A stretch of 64,000 nucleotides of DNA from the human T2T-CHM13v2.0 reference genome, Homo sapiens. The position numbers and the translations under genes were made by a program. The first letter of the stretch is position 1; each line of letters begins with the position of its first letter. Under the pieces are notes generated by a model, which worked only from the letters and a program-made list of their open reading frames with translations, did not search any database and was not told where the DNA came from. Location: the NCBI RefSeq assembly GCF_009914755.1, contig NC_060926.1. One strand, written 5' to 3'. Shown here piece by piece: positions 41,343-60,540 of this stretch.

Positions 41343-41898
41343 TCAGTTAAGTTAAAAAGAGGTGAAACAGCAGAAGTGCCCCAGCCAGGGTGGGACCCTG
41401 CCAGGGTGTGGTGCTGCCGAGAGCTGGGTGGTGACCGCATCACACAGTGAGGAGCAACACTAAGGAGGCAGCAAGTGGAAGTAAGGGATGCTGTCTCCAT
41501 GGCAACTGCCGTTCATCCTCAGCTTGTCAGGCTGGGCATGCTGGAATTGAACAGGGCTGAATTGTTGCCCCCATCATGTGGCACTTTTCCAATTTTGAGA
41601 TGCCTTCACCTGCATACATGCACATGCACATGCACGCGCACACACACACACACACACACCCCACCTTACACTTTTTCCTCTACCTTTCTCCAGGGAAGAA
41701 TAGGTGTGGTTTCCAGTGGCACAGTTCAAGCATGGCAGCACCTTTCTTACCCCAGAAAGCAGCAGTACCCGGGGAAAGAATATGGGGAGGGGGATAAGGG
41801 AAGTGTGAGAGGACCAGCTCTTGTCCTGGTACCTGCTAAGCAGAGGAGGAGTTTGGTGGTCAATGTTGCTGTCTGTGCTCAAGGATGTAGTCACCTGG

Positions 41899-42372
41899 TG
41901 TATCAGTTTCCTACTGCTGCTGTAACAAGTTACTACAAACTGATGGCTTAAAACAACACAAATGTATTATCTTACACTTTTGGGGGCCAGAAATCTGAAA
42001 CAGATTTCATTAGGCTTGGGTTTCTTTTGGAGGTTCTAGGAGAGAATCCATTCCCTTACCTTTCTCACCTCCTCAAGGCTGTTCTCATTTGGAGGCTTGA
42101 GACCCCTCCTCCATCTTTAAATTCTGCTGCTTAGCATCTTCAAATCTCTGCCTGCTTTGCTTACACTGTCACGTCCCCTTCTCTGACTCTTGTAAGGACT
42201 CTGTGATTACACTGGGTTCATCTGGATAATCCAGAAATAATTTCCACATTTGCAGGTCATTAACTTAATCACATCTGCAAAGTCCCTTTTGCCATGTAAG
42301 GTAACATATTCACAGACTTCAGGGGTTCGAATGTAGACATCTCTGAGGGGAGAGCATCATTCTGCCTCCTCT
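41899..42372 (-). mobile_element. MLT1C/D-like MaLR solo LTR
   Basis: tgtatcagtttcctactgctgctgtaacaagttac...taatcacatctgcaaagtcccttttgccatgtaaggtaacatattcacag. Confidence 0.85.
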
Positions 42373-43514
42373 GCCCAGGTTCTGTGAATATGGGCCCTCA
42401 ATAACCATTATTGTAAGAGTAATAATAATATTTCCGACAGACTGAGCACCTAACATGTGATAAGCACTCTGCTAGATTTTTACACATATTAACTGATTTA
42501 ATCCTCACTAAAGCTCTACAAGGATGCCTTAATTATCCACATTTACACATGAAGAAATTAGACATGAGGAGTTCAGTGAATTGGGCCAGTGGGCTTAGGT
42601 AAGGAAGGCAGAGGAGGGAATGGCTCCAGGCATATGTTTTTTCCATATGTCACCAGAAAATTCCCCCAGCACTTTGGTCCTACTGCTGCTTGTAATCATT
42701 CTCTCATGATCCAGTGAATCAGTGGTGGGGTCGGGGTTGGGAAGAGAAGCTTCCAAAGAGAATCTGACAGTCAGGGGCGAAGGAAGAGAGCCAATACTGA
42801 ATAACCACTGTGTGCCACACGGCAGGGGCTCTCCCAGGATGCTTCACAAGCTCCTCACAAGGTTCAAGAGGCTGCCATCTCCCCAGTTTTACAGAGGATA
42901 CCACCAGTGCCCAAAGAGGTTATGCAGCTTATTTGAAGTAATACAGCTAATAAGTAACACAACTGAAATTGGATCTGGTCTTCTCTGAATCCAGAATCAG
43001 CATTCTTCCTTCTTTTATCTGTCTTTAACCAAGTTACCCACATGGTGGAGGCCTGGGTATAGGTAGAGAGCGGGCAATCTTGGTCCATCTTCTCAGCAGG
43101 CTAATTTTTCTTGGAGATTGAGGGGTGGTTTTTTAAGTTAACTAACTGATGGGTTTTGCAAACACATTTCAGTTTTTAAAAGGAGACATTTTAGGGCACA
43201 TAACACATATTTTACATGAATATTAACTCAAATGCGAAACTTCAGACTCAGCAGCCCCCGAGCCTTCTGAGGTCTCAGGTATTTTCTACTCTTAAGGGTG
43301 CTTTGGTGGAAAGTTTGGGCACTGGACCTCAACTTGTTCAATTTTCCCTTATTTGCCTTTTTAGAAAAGGCAGCTTCTAGGCAGGAAAGTAGAGAAACCA
43401 GGTCACAAACAGTATTAGAACTCATGGTCCTGACTCCCCATCCAGGGCTCCCTCCTTGTGCTCCATCATTTGCCTCCCTCCTTATGCATTTCCTCACCTG
43501 AGGAATGAGGGTAA

Positions 43515-44190
43515 CGTATTCATTCACTGAATAAAGATTTATTGGGCATATACTATGATCAGGAATGGTACTAGACACCGGGGATTCAAATAATTTGTTT
43601 GTTACAGTCTTAAAAAAAAAAAAATGCAATCCCCCCCCAAAAGGCCCCCAGCAATGTTACAGGGCCATTCTAAGTGATTACAATAATGTGTGGTGGAGTC
43701 ATGCCCAGGGTCTTGAGAGGGCATAGGGGAAGGGCACTTGCCCTAGCTTGGAGTTCAATCTTTCTATATGAACTGAGTGCTAGAGCATCTGTAAGAAAAT
43801 GCCAGGAGATAGAAAGCATTTGAGAGGGAGGCCTTCCTGCAATGGGGAAAGCATGGAGGTAAGAAATTACAGGTCATATCCTGGAAGGCACATTGGGAAA
43901 CACAGAAGTTCATTTTGCTCATGCCTAATGTGTCCGTCAGGCAGAGAGGGTACCACTGTATGAACGGGCAAAACCCTGGAGACGTGAGCCAGGCCCTTCT
44001 CATGGGGATCCAACTCCAGAAAGTGATGAAAAACCAGTGAAGGGTTTTAAGTAGCATGGGTAGGATGGCTTCATGGAATTTTCTAAGTGGTTCATTCTGG
44101 AAGCAGTCTGGACAAGGGATTGGCAAAGCGAGAAGGGCAGGCTAGAGGCAGAAATACCAGCAGGAACCTGGAGGGTATCCAGATGGGAGG
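43515..44190 (-). mobile_element. L2 fragment
   Basis: ttcattcactgaataaagatttattgggcatatactatg...ccagtgaagggttttaagtag. Approximate. Confidence 0.6.
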
Positions 44191-44862
44191 TGCAGGGGCC
44201 CCGCCTCCTCATTCTCAGGGAAGATCTGCTGTGCTTTCAGTGCGCCTCCCACGTGGAAGGCTTCTGGATGGGGGACTCGAGCTGCCTCCAGCCCAGGATT
44301 CCTCACCCACAGACGAAGCCTCTAATTAAAACAAAGGGGCCACAGTAGAATGCAGTCATCACTCTTCCCCTGAGAAAGTGGGTGGGAAGGTGAGCATTAT
44401 GCTATTCATGATATTATCTTTTGAGAAAAAGAATTCCACACCCACTATTGTCTTTTATCGAGTGACGCTACAAATTGATTCTAAGCCTCAGAAATAAAAG
44501 AGGGTATAATATAGTACAAAAAAAAATTGCAAAGATCATACAACCTTCATCTGCTAGTGTAAAACAGTACAGACTAACCCCGATAAATTCAGAAAAAAAG
44601 TAGAATGAAACCTCTCAATTTAAACTCACTGGGGAGGGCTAATTTGAATTTTACATTGTTTCAAAAGAATGCTACTTCTTCCTCTCACATCCAAGCATAA
44701 TAAAACCTTAAGAGAATATTTGTGTAATCAAATGCTGATGAGTAGAATAAAGCAAGTTAATAGGAAAACTATAATAGACTTATGGTTACATAATGGTGAG
44801 TCATGAGCAGTATGGTCATTTTTATATACAAGAATGAACTTGATGAAGGAAAGCTACTTTAA

Positions 44863-45677
<815 letters not shown>

Positions 45678-45980
45678 AAAACTAACAGTTCCAGGGGAGC
45701 GTCCTGATTTTTAGACTGGATTCTTCTGGGCTGCTGGGAAGATCCTGGTGAGTCATAATGAGAGAGGCTGGGCTGATAGTGAAGTTTGCCTCATGTCCTC
45801 ATTCTCCTCAATTTTTCTGAGTCCCTCTCCTTGCCTTCCTTTTCCACTCATCTATCACAGACATCAAATCCAGAGGTATTCCAAAGCAGGCAGCCTTCTA
45901 CTAGCTCATCCTACAAATTTTACCTCTGAACATGAACATAAAAATCTTCAGACTCTATCTCAAAAAAAAAAAAAAAATCA

Positions 45981-46761
<781 letters not shown>

Positions 46762-46959
46762 GTAATCCATAGCTAGTGCATATTAAAGCAATCATCCACC
46801 ACAATGAGATAAGCTTGTTAGTTGGCCAGGAGTTTAAGGACAGTTTAACATTACAAATGCTATAAATACTTCATAATTATATCAATATCTTAAAAAAAAT
46901 TGAATAGATGTAATTAAATATGAATTTAAAATCATTCTAAAGTCCACTTCGAAGAGTAA

Positions 46960-47680
<721 letters not shown>

Positions 47681-48076
47681 TCATAGTGTCGCTAGCTACA
47701 ACTTAAGGTAGTGTAGGTCCAAACGTGCCACAGGCCAAATTCAAGTCCAAGAACCAACTGGAATTCTGTGATAGAAACACATTATGGTGAATTATCATGA
47801 GGACTAAAGGAGCAGATCAGGAACTCTAATTTCTGCAAGGAAACTTCAAGGAAGACACAGAGCACAGTCTCCTACACTTGTTTCTGTGTTAAAAGCCAGG
47901 GTTGATTTTGGCTGATCAATTTCAGCAGTGCTTTTAGGGAACAATGCCTGTGTGGACAGCTGGGGCCAGTGTGTGATTATCTCCAGGTCTGAGGCTCACT
48001 CGCTGGGAAACCATGGATTCGTCACCTCATCTCTCTGTGCCTTTTGTCTCATGCATAAAATGTGAAAAGGAACAAA

Positions 48077-48598
48077 TGTAATAGGCAGAAAAATGTGTCC
48101 CCCCTTCACCCCAAGGTATACATGTCCTAACCCCTAGAATTTGTGAAAATATTATGTTACATGGCAAAGGTCATTTATGGTAGTAGATAGAACTAAGGTT
48201 ACTAATCAGCTAACCTGAATATAGGGAGAGCATTCTGTATTATCCAGGTGGGCTCAATGTAATCACAAGCGTCCTTAAAGTGAAAGAGGGAGGCAGAAGG
48301 GAAGGTTGGAGTGACTCAATGTGAGGATTCCGTCTGCCACCACTGCTTTTGAAGAAGGAGGAAGGGGCCACAAGTGAAGGAATGCAGGCAGCCTCTTAGA
48401 GCCAGAGAAGGAGAGGGGGTGGAATCCACTCCCCTGAAGCCTCCAGAAGGGAATGTAGCTCTGCCAACACTTTGATGGTAACCCAGAGAAGACCCATGTC
48501 AGACTTCCAACTCCCAGAACTATAAGATAATGAATGTATTGCTTTAAACCAAAATGGTCGAGGTAATGTGTTACAGCAGCAACAGGTAATATTCAAAT
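48077..48598 (+). mobile_element. MLT1D-like MaLR solo LTR
   Basis: aggcagaaaaatg...gttacatggcaaagg...tatccaggtgggctcaatgtaatcacaagcgtccttaaa...gtgttacagcagcaacagg. Confidence 0.85.
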
Positions 48599-48651
48599 AA
48601 TTAAGATAATTAAATGAGAAAACGCCTGTGTGAAATGTCTACTATGGGGCT

Positions 48652-49021
48652 CGATATGGTTTGGCTCTGTGTCCCCACCCAAATCACATCTTGAATTATA
48701 CTCCCATAATTCCCACGTGTTTTGGGGGACCTGGTGGGAGATAACTGAATCATGGGGGCAGTCTCCCCCATACTGTTCTTGTGGTGGTGAATAAGTCTCA
48801 CGAGCTCTGATGGTTTTATCAGGGGTTTCCGCTTTTGCATCTTCCTCATTCTCTCTTTGCCTGCTGCCATCCATGTAAGACAGGACTTGTTCCTCCTTGC
48901 CTTCCACCATAATTGTGAGGCTTCCCCAGCCACGTGGAACTCTAACTCCAATTAAACCTCTTTTGTAAATTGCCCAGTCTCGAGTATGTCTTTATCAGCA
49001 GTGTGAAAACAGACTAATACA
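48652..49021 (+). mobile_element. THE1A/B MaLR solo LTR
   Basis: (c)gatatggtttggctctgtgtccccacccaaat...cagactaataca. 370 bp. Perfect 5-bp TSD gggct at 48647-48651 and 49022-49026. Confidence 0.93.
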
Positions 49022-49561
49022 GGGCTCAGTTCAAAGTACCCTGGTTACCATGCCAGTAGCAGCTGGCGTGGGCTTGATATTGGAAACCAGGTTTCCTGAA
49101 ATCTCTACTCCTGAACATACAAATGTGAAATTATTTTTTCCTTATAATTCCATATAGCAATTGTGCTATGATGAACTATTATCTCCTTTGTAATAGTTGC
49201 TTTGACAGCATCTTGGCAAGATTCCCTAAATTAGCGACACTCTCTGTTATTGGTTATCAGAACAGACTCATTTCAGGTATTTAAGACAGTCTTACTCATT
49301 TTAAAAAATTCCACCTCCAGCTCAGTTCAGTGCTCTCCTTCCCTCCCCAGCACAGGCTGCCTTGTCTGTGGCTGCAGTTAGGAGGCAGGGGCTGGGGGCG
49401 GGACAATGTGTCAAGGATCAGCACTTGGCACCCACCCCTTCCTCTACTACTAAGCAGCTCCTCCACTCCTTCATGTATTGAGGCAGGGAAGATATAGAGA
49501 AAAGGGAATTTCAGTAAGTTCCTTACGGAACTAGGCCAGGTTACAGCATCTCCTTAGCTGA

Positions 49562-49846
<285 letters not shown>

Positions 49847-51071
49847 TGATCTTCTAATCTCCTCACTATCTCTGGGCTCCTTGAGGGCTAGCCATGACCC
49901 CAATATGCCCCACCTGCAAAAACTGGTGCCCTTGCAGCACTATCATGTCTCTGCAGCACCCCTAAGTATTGGCAGACTGTTGGGAGTTCTGGCCGTAGCT
50001 AGCGAATCACAGGCCACGTTCCCCTGAGGACTTGTGTAGTACCCCTTGGGGCCTGAGCCAACTACAGGCCAGTGAGCACATGTGGAAGTCTTAGGAACTG
50101 GGAACTGGAAAAGGTGACAGGAGTAGGGAGCATCTGGCCTCAGTGCCCAGAGCCTCGGTGCACAGGGGCCACTAAGCGAAGTCCTAAGCGACAGCCAGTC
50201 AGGGAGCAAAATGCCCATTTCCTGCCATTCTCATAGATGAACTCTTTTGGAACCACCAGGGGAAGCACTCCCCAACCCTTCCCACCCACCCTGCCCCTGT
50301 GTCTGCAGAGGAGCAAAGAGAACATTGTCTCTAAGCTGGCCTGGGAGATGATGGTTGGATGCAAGAGTGATTCTTAAAGGTACACCTTTATTAGACCCTA
50401 TCAACTTATGGCTGACCCCAACTGCCAGCAGCTCTCTGAAGTTAGAATGAAGTGCTTACTACCTTTTATTTTCAGTTTGGAGCATTGTCCACAATTCTAG
50501 GACAAAGGAAAAATCTGTCACTGGGTAGAAGCCTCACTAAGATACTCAGAAGAGGCTCTGGGAATATTCAATGATGAAGAACTGCGGCTCTCAGATGCCA
50601 GCCCCACTCCAGCCTGGCCTGACCATGGCCATAGCCTGCTGGGTGCAGCTTGTCTGCTGCACAGACTCTGGGTGGGGTTGCCCCAAGAAGGCTTTTTAAC
50701 AGCAATCAAAGCAATAAAGGACTATTTTGTCTAAAATCTGTTCCTGGACTATCCCAGCAGTTTCACCCTCATTTCAACACCACATCCAAACAGCTTCAGG
50801 ACCTAAATGCAAATCCACGCCAAGGAGACACCACATACCCCCATCTCACCACATCACAGCCCGTGGCTGCCTCAGGGCCCTGGAGGAGGTAAGATAAGCA
50901 ACCCTCAAACAATCCTAGTTCATTTGCATGCATAGCAATCTGTCATTGCTTCTAGGGCTTACTCATTTATTCATCCTTTCAATGAAGCACCTATCTTGTG
51001 CCCCTTCTGTGTTTTCAGGTACACAAAGATAGATAAAAGATGACCTTTTCACCTTGGTAGTTTGCCCAATC

Positions 51072-51772
51072 TGTAACCGCCCAAGGGGTTCACCTTGCCC
51101 ACTGCCTAGACAGAGGCGATTTATCAAGACACGGGAATTGCAATAGCAAAAGTGTAATACACACAGAGGTGTCTATGCAGGAGATGAGTTTTATTATTAC
51201 TCAAATCAGTCTCTCTGAAAACCTGGGGATCAGAGTTTTTAAGGATAATTTGGTGGGTAGGGGTCCAGTGAATCGGGAATGTTGATTGGTTAGCTCAGGG
51301 ATGAAGTCACAGGGAGTTGAAGCCGTTGTCTTGTGCTGAGTCAGTTCCTGTGTTGGGGCCACAGAACTGGTTGGCAGGTCCAGGTGGGGCCATCTGTTGT
51401 TAGAAATGCAAAAATCTGAAAAGACATCTCAAAAAGCAGATCTTAGGTTCACAATAGTGATGTTACCTTCAAGAGTGATTGAGGAAGTTGCAAATTTTAT
51501 GACCTCCAAAATAATGATTGGTAATATTTCAAATTCCAGCCCCTCTCATCTTGATTTGGTGGCTGGTGACCTTTCATTTGCTTTACAAGAATAGCTTTTT
51601 GGGAAGGGCTATTATATAACTATACACTAAATTCCTTTCCAAAGCTAGTTCGGCCTATGCCCAGGAATGAACAAGGACAGTATAGAGGTTAGAAGCAAGA
51701 TGGGGTCAGTTAGGTCTGATATCTTTCACTGTTATAATTTTCTCAGTTACGATTTTTGCAAAGGCAGCTTCA
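51072..51772 (-). mobile_element. LTR8A-like ERV1 solo LTR
   Basis: tgtaaccgcccaaggggttcaccttgccc...gatttttgcaaaggcagcttca, 701 bp. Flanks aatc/catc (4-bp TSD, one mismatch). Antisense poly(A) signal ttttatt near 51190. Confidence 0.88.
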
Positions 51773-53305
51773 CATCTAGCAAGGTAGACACAGACACATG
51801 GCCAGAAAAAATAACACAATAGTGTAAGTATCTTAATAGAAGTACAAATAAAAGGTTAAGAAGCTCAAATCCAGGCTGGAGATTGTAGCCAGCAGGAGCA
51901 AAGGCATAATAGAGTGTGAGTTATTGAGGACAGCAGTCCATCTTGGCTCTTTCTGGATTCACCTGGGTCTGGCACATATTGGATATCTAACAGTTGTTAA
52001 ATTGACCTAGCATTGGAGGCAGAGGAGTGTGAAGAATTTGAATAAAAACAAATAATTTTTTCTGTCTGATATATAGTGTAGGGAGGAGGGAGTGCATGAT
52101 AAAAGCTCAGGACCTAATTTTGAAGGTCCTTGAATGCCCAGCTGAGGAGTCTACACTGTTTCCACTAGGTACCGAGGGGCAGGAAACAGAGAAGAGTGAC
52201 ATTGTGGTTTTTTTAAGGCCTTATTAGGCCACTGGATTGTGGTTTAAGTCCAGAGTTGTGGGTGAGTTATTTTGTACCAGGGAGAAAGATTTGTGAGGAC
52301 TGCAGTAATCTGAGCATTCAGATGTGGTTTCCAAGTTGTTAGAATACCTCCCTCTAAATGGTGTTAGAGAAATTCAAAGTCCCACAGCACCTTAGGCAGG
52401 CTGCCCACATCTGAGATATAAGGGAGGTCTTACTCTGTACATGTAAGTCCTTGAGTTTAAAAGGGCCACAGGGAGGCTGGGTCCTGGCCTGAGCTCAGCC
52501 ACCTGCCTGTTCTGTAGCCCCTGCTGGGATCTTCAGGGAGGCAGGGCTCCAAGGAGGCTCTGCTCTCTGCATTTAGTTGCTGAAGAGCACAGCTCTTCTC
52601 TGAGGTGATCTCATTCTCTCCTCTGCCCCACCTGCTTTGATTCCTGCCTCCCACATAGTTACCAAGCCTTAGGTCTCTCTGTGCTTCAAAACTCCTCACT
52701 CTAGTGGCACAAAGAGAATGCCTGCCTTCAACACAGGGCTCAGAGCCAAGGCAAAGCTTCAGAAGCCCAGCCACAGCTAAATCGCCTGTCTCTGCATCTT
52801 CCTTGGGTGTCTGTCCCACCTGGCCCTTCTGGGCACCCAGCCTGGGGCTCTGGAGCTGTCTCCACCCACACCCAGACTGAGTTTTCAGGGCTGTTATAAG
52901 GTCCCTTAAGGCTCAGGGTTGTTTAGTTGAAGGGCTCAAAGGCAGACACATCTGAGATCCAATCCCAGAGCATTAGCTCCACGACCTTGAGGCAGGTGAC
53001 CAAACCATATGCCCCTTCCGTGTTACGTAGGGCAACACTAGCCACTTCACAGGGTTGGTGAGAAAATGCAATGAGAAGCTTCTATGAAGCAACTATCCTA
53101 GGAGGTGCCCCCATATCAGCAGTCCTTCACTTAACTCATGAAAGGTCTTTCCTGCCACCCCTACTGAGATCTAAGCTATAGCAATTTCTCCAGAGAAAGA
53201 CAGTTTTGTTCCTGGGGCAGGATTGTTCTAAATCCCCTCTCTGTGTAAGCCCTTCTGAGTTCAGTGGACTTGACTCACTTGGCAATGGTTTCCAACTGCC
53301 ACTGG

Positions 53306-53991
53306 TGATGCAGAATTTTTCTCAGCCACTTTGCCAACCAGGGAACTCCATGGCCAGCAATACCCCCTGCCATGCCTGGGCCTTGCTTGGCCCCAGGCCT
53401 GCTGGAGGCACCTCGTCCACTCGGCCTGCTGTGTTATAGATTGTACCCGCATTCAACAATTCCTGAGCTCTTGTCCCTCATCCAAGAAGAATAAGGTTAC
53501 ACTGACAATTAGAAGGGTAAGGATGGGCAGAGAAGAATTTTATTGAGCAATGAAACAGCTCTCAGCTGAGAGGGGACACGGTGGGGTGGTCCCCCACCCC
53601 CACAGTCAGGTGATTTCTCTCTCAGTGTGGCTGGGTCCCAGGCTTTTTATGGACTCGGAATGGCGAGTGCATGCAGATTGGTTTGTGAGTATGCAAAAAC
53701 AGGTTAAAGTGAAGACAACACCCAAAGGTGGGCACGATAGTGTAGAAAAACAATTAGGAAAGGATAGGTAAATGTAAAATAGGTGAAGGGTGGGGCTTAA
53801 TCACAAGAAAGCAAGCCAAACGAGAAAATAGCTTCTCAATCTCGTCCGTGTATTTTACTTGTAGCTTGGATTTCGGGCTTTCAACTGTCTTTGCCTTGTC
53901 TTCTAGTAATTAAGTATGTACCTTGGAGGTAGGGTTTCACCATGGACCCACCTCATCTGCCTAGGCATTTGGCTGCCTCCTGCCACTGTCA
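53306..53991 (-). mobile_element. ERV1 solo LTR (MER4/LTR27-like group, subfamily unresolved)
   Basis: tgatgcagaatttttctcagcc...ctcctgccactgtca, 686 bp. Perfect 4-bp TSD ctgg at 53302-53305 and 53992-53995. Antisense AATAAA near 53540. Confidence 0.8.
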
Positions 53992-54119
53992 CTGGAATTT
54001 TAGCCCAGAGTGCCCTCTTGAGTCATTCCCTCAGGCTCAATGCCCTTACTCCAAAGCTGCAGGGCTTGCAGCTCTGTGAGAAAGGGAGGTGGCAGTTCAC
54101 ACTGCAGAAGCCTCATCAG

Positions 54120-55560
<1,441 letters not shown>

Positions 55561-55584
55561 CACAGGTACATACTTAATGACTAG

Positions 55585-55953
<369 letters not shown>

Positions 55954-55994
55954 TAAATACACATTGAATCAATGAACTCCTAGAACAATGGTCA

Positions 55995-56319
<325 letters not shown>

Positions 56320-56592
56320 AAACAATGATCACTCTTAATAATAACTCTGAGTGGTAGGTTTTCGGCTAATTATTCCTTTATTTGTGTTTTAAATTTTTTC
56401 TTCGTAAATGTGTACTATCTATAGAGTAAGAAAAAAGCATTGCTATTTTCATTAAAGTGCCTTAAAAAATAGACACAGCATATCTCCTTCAGTTATACAT
56501 TGAATAAATCACCCTTTGGAGAAGAACTATGAAATGCAGAAATAAGCATTAAAAATACTTCTTGGATGATTTGGTATTAAAAGTAAGAAAAG

Positions 56593-57256
<664 letters not shown>

Positions 57257-57314
57257 TTAAAAGTAAGAGCCGAATGTGATGGATCTAGCAGAGGCCACCT
57301 TCACCTATCGAGTT

Positions 57315-57895
57315 AGTCAGGAAATACTTATTGAATATCCATTGTGTTCCAGGCACTAAGAATACAGACATGAGTCAGGAGTGACCCTTCCCTGGAGGAT
57401 GTCAGAGCAGAGTTGGGGGCAGGCATAAAACAGCTCGTGACAAGACAAGGCCCAAGTGACCCTGTGCATCGATACAGGGTATTGTCATTGCTCAGAGGGG
57501 AAGCCCTTAACTCAGCTTAGGCAGGGGAGAGAGTTGGAATATGGGGTGGAAAGGAAAGAGCAGGCTGAGAAGACAAGGGGCTCAGAGAAGTGCCCCTTGA
57601 GCTGAGTGATAAAGGACTAACAGGAGCTAGCAAGAAGTGAAGGGGCAAGAGAAAAGCATGGGCAAAGCATGCAAAAGCACTCTGGAAAGATTTCCCATGG
57701 ATCGGCACCAGCTTGGAGTGTCTGAGGAGGTGAGGGTGGTGGAGAAATGAAGCTGGAGAGGTTTGCAGGACCCAAGTCGAAAAGGGCCTTGTGGGACTGG
57801 ACTAAGCAGAGTGGCTTTCATCCTGGAGTGTGGGGGAGAAGGTGGAGGAGGGCATCAAAGAGCGTGCAGTAGAGAGGTTAAGGCCTAGACTTGCA
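57315..57895 (-). mobile_element. L2 fragment
   Basis: acttattgaatatccattgtgttccaggcact...gaaaagcatgggcaaagcatg. Approximate. Confidence 0.6.
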
Positions 57896-57936
57896 GATGC
57901 GCTCACTCATTGTAACAGCAGTGTGCAGGCGAGAAT

Positions 57937-58090
57937 CAGGGCTGGCAGGTGCCCAGGGCCCTGTGCTCAGAAGGACCCCACACTTGGCTTACTGCTCTGC
58001 TGCTGCCATCTTGATTCTTAATAATTTTTAAAGAGGAAGCCCTACATTTTCCTTTTGCACTGAGCCCTGCAAATTATGTAAGAGGTCCTG
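57937..58090 (+). mobile_element. MER53-like hAT MITE
   Basis: cagggctggc...cagggccctgtgctcagaaggaccc...tttgcactgagccctgcaaattatgtaagaggtcctg. Degenerate 8-bp TSD gcgagaat/gcaagact. Confidence 0.8.
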
Positions 58091-60204
58091 GCAAGACTTG
58101 AGGCAAAGTTTGTTATGCAGTTGACCAGGAGAGAAGGCAATAGGAACTTCTGTCCCTTTCCATCTCAGCCTTTGCATTTAGCGGTCTTCTCAACACGTGT
58201 CCAGGGAAGAAGCAAGAAATAAAAAGGCAATGTGTGACATTTCCCAAGGTGCAGACAATGCCCTGCGATGTGTTTGTTGTACAAATGAGGCTGAGGCAAA
58301 GCTTAGCTGTGCCCCTTCCCGTCCCCTGACACCCTCATCTCTCCTCTGAGATCAGCAAAGTAAGAATGAGCCTCTCAGGTCGTAGTAGGGTGAGGAGGAA
58401 AACAGGTATTTTTGTATGTTCGTTTTTTGTTTTGCTGAGATCACAACTGCCAAAGAAGAGAAAATGGTTAGCTCATTCCCATAGTCACACAGTTCCATCC
58501 CACCCACTTCGTGCTCTGGTGCTGCTTCCACTTTCTCCTGGAACCCCTCAAACCCCAGCCAGAGCCTCCTTGTCCCATGGGTCCCGCTGCAGGGAGTTAC
58601 TGCTCCTGCTTGGTTCTGACTCACGGTCAGGCTCTAACTGGCAGCTCGACCCCTAGCTCGTTTGAACACACATACACACGTACACACACATACATGTGCA
58701 CATACATACATACACACTTGGCTCAGGGCACATGAGGGTTTGTTTTTGTCACCATGAGGTTTTCCTTCCACACATCTCGGGGTGCACCAGCTGCTTAGCA
58801 ACAAGCTGTTGGGCAGAAGTGGGAATTAAATATCTCCCTGGTTGCTGCAAACACAGGTGCCAAAAAGGAGGAGGAGAAGGGTCCGCCAGAGGGACTGGGC
58901 TGAAGGACAGGGGTGTGTGTCTCCTAGACGAATGCTCGGAGATGGAACACTCAGGGCTCTGGTCCTGTGCCAGGAATCTCAGAGGCCTGCTGGGAATGGT
59001 GCTCCAGAAAATAGAATCCTGACAGCAAGCTGTGGGCGGTGGGGAATCTGCAGGGATGGCTGATGACAGGTGGAAGGCAAAATGTAAGAATTCCTAAATC
59101 TCTGCTGAGGGGACTTGCCTTAGCAAGATCTGGGTTCAGGTCATCATCGTGGCCACCCTAAAATCTTCCATCCTGGCTTGTGGTTCTTGCTTTTGGAGTT
59201 TAAGCTCAAAAGCTCCTTCTCCTAGGAGTTCTACCTCTCATGTAGCGTCGAGGCAAAGAATATTAGCACCAGGATTCTGCAGTTGGATTTTCTAGGTTCA
59301 CAATTTAGCTCCTGCCGTTGACTTTGTGATCTTGAGAAAGTTATTTTGAAGGTCTGTGCCACAGTTTTCTCATCTATGAGCCCCACCTCAGAGGACTGTT
59401 GTGAGAATTACATTAAAACAGGTAAAAGGACTTTTTGTAATGTCATCTCCAAAACAGACATCCACAATGCTGAGGACAGAAGGAAGCAAAGTAAGCTACC
59501 TTTTTAAAAGTGTCTCCCATGTGCCTGACACTGTACAAAATGCCATTTACTCATGGGATTTATCTTTTCACACCCATGGAAACTGAGGCTTACAAGCAAA
59601 GTGCCCTACTCAAGGCCATGCTTCAGCAATGGGCCAGAGTTTGACATGGTCACTGTGGCTCTGTAGCCCTCACTCATTCCTCAAGCCAAACTGCCTCCAC
59701 TATTGCTTTTCAGAGAAAGGGGAAAAATTACTAATTTATCTGGCATGGGGTGGGGGCGGGTGTCAGGATTTGGTGGAAAGAGCTCTTCCCCAGAGTAACA
59801 TTTTAGAATTATGATATGAAGCCAGTATAATTACCATAGCACTCCCTGGCATATGGTACCTGAGATGGGGAAATAGTAAGCCAGGGTCTTGGGAAAATGA
59901 AAGATGTCATCAAGGTACAAAGGCAATAGACACCTAGATTTGGAGTGAAAACATGGATTCCACCAAGCTCCAAGCAAGCAGAAGGCCTCATCTCTCTGGC
60001 CACACTCACTGGCCTAGAAGACTGGGGAGTCCAAGGGCAGGAAAAGGCTGCAGCCTGTGCTCAGAGGCTTATGGTTTTCCAGGATAACACACAAACCCCT
60101 GCTTCCTTGACCAGTGGATGCTCACACCATGACATGCACATATTCCCGAAGATCTTTTATGGCAACAGCTCATACACGCCCTTTCACACTGTCTGCACTG
60201 CTGA

Positions 60205-60540
60205 GAGCTGCAGGGTTCAGTATGGTAGCCACGGGCTGCATGTGGTTTTGAGCACTTAGAATATGGCTAGCAGGAATTGAGATGTGCTGTAAGTAATGAC
60301 ACATGTACCTGCTTCAAAGACTTAGTCCAAAAAGTCAAATATCTCACTGATAACTTTAATAGTGATTACATGTTGAATGAATGATGTAATTTCGATGTGT
60401 TTTGAATATAATGGGTTCAATGGAATCTATTATTAAAAACTATTTTTTTTTTACCTTTGTAATATGGCTATTAGAAAAATTCCAATTCCTTATGTGATTG
60501 GCATTTGTGGCTCATGATATCTTTTTATTGGACAGGGCTG
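60205..60540 (-). mobile_element. MER33-like hAT-Charlie MITE
   Basis: tatggtagccac...catgtggttttgagcactt...ttcaaagacttagt...ttattggacagggctg. Confidence 0.75.

Noticed and set aside
41475-41951. Longest ORF in the track (158 aa)
   Set aside because: GTG start, runs through a CA-type simple repeat and into an MLT1 LTR, and has no recognisable domain.
48593-48951. Two minus-strand ORFs over 100 aa
   Set aside because: They lie almost entirely within the THE1 LTR and have no gag/pol similarity.
52384-52404. Second RE1-like sequence (acagcaccttaggcaggctg)
   Set aside because: Two mismatches in the GGACAG core and an imperfect left half; too weak.
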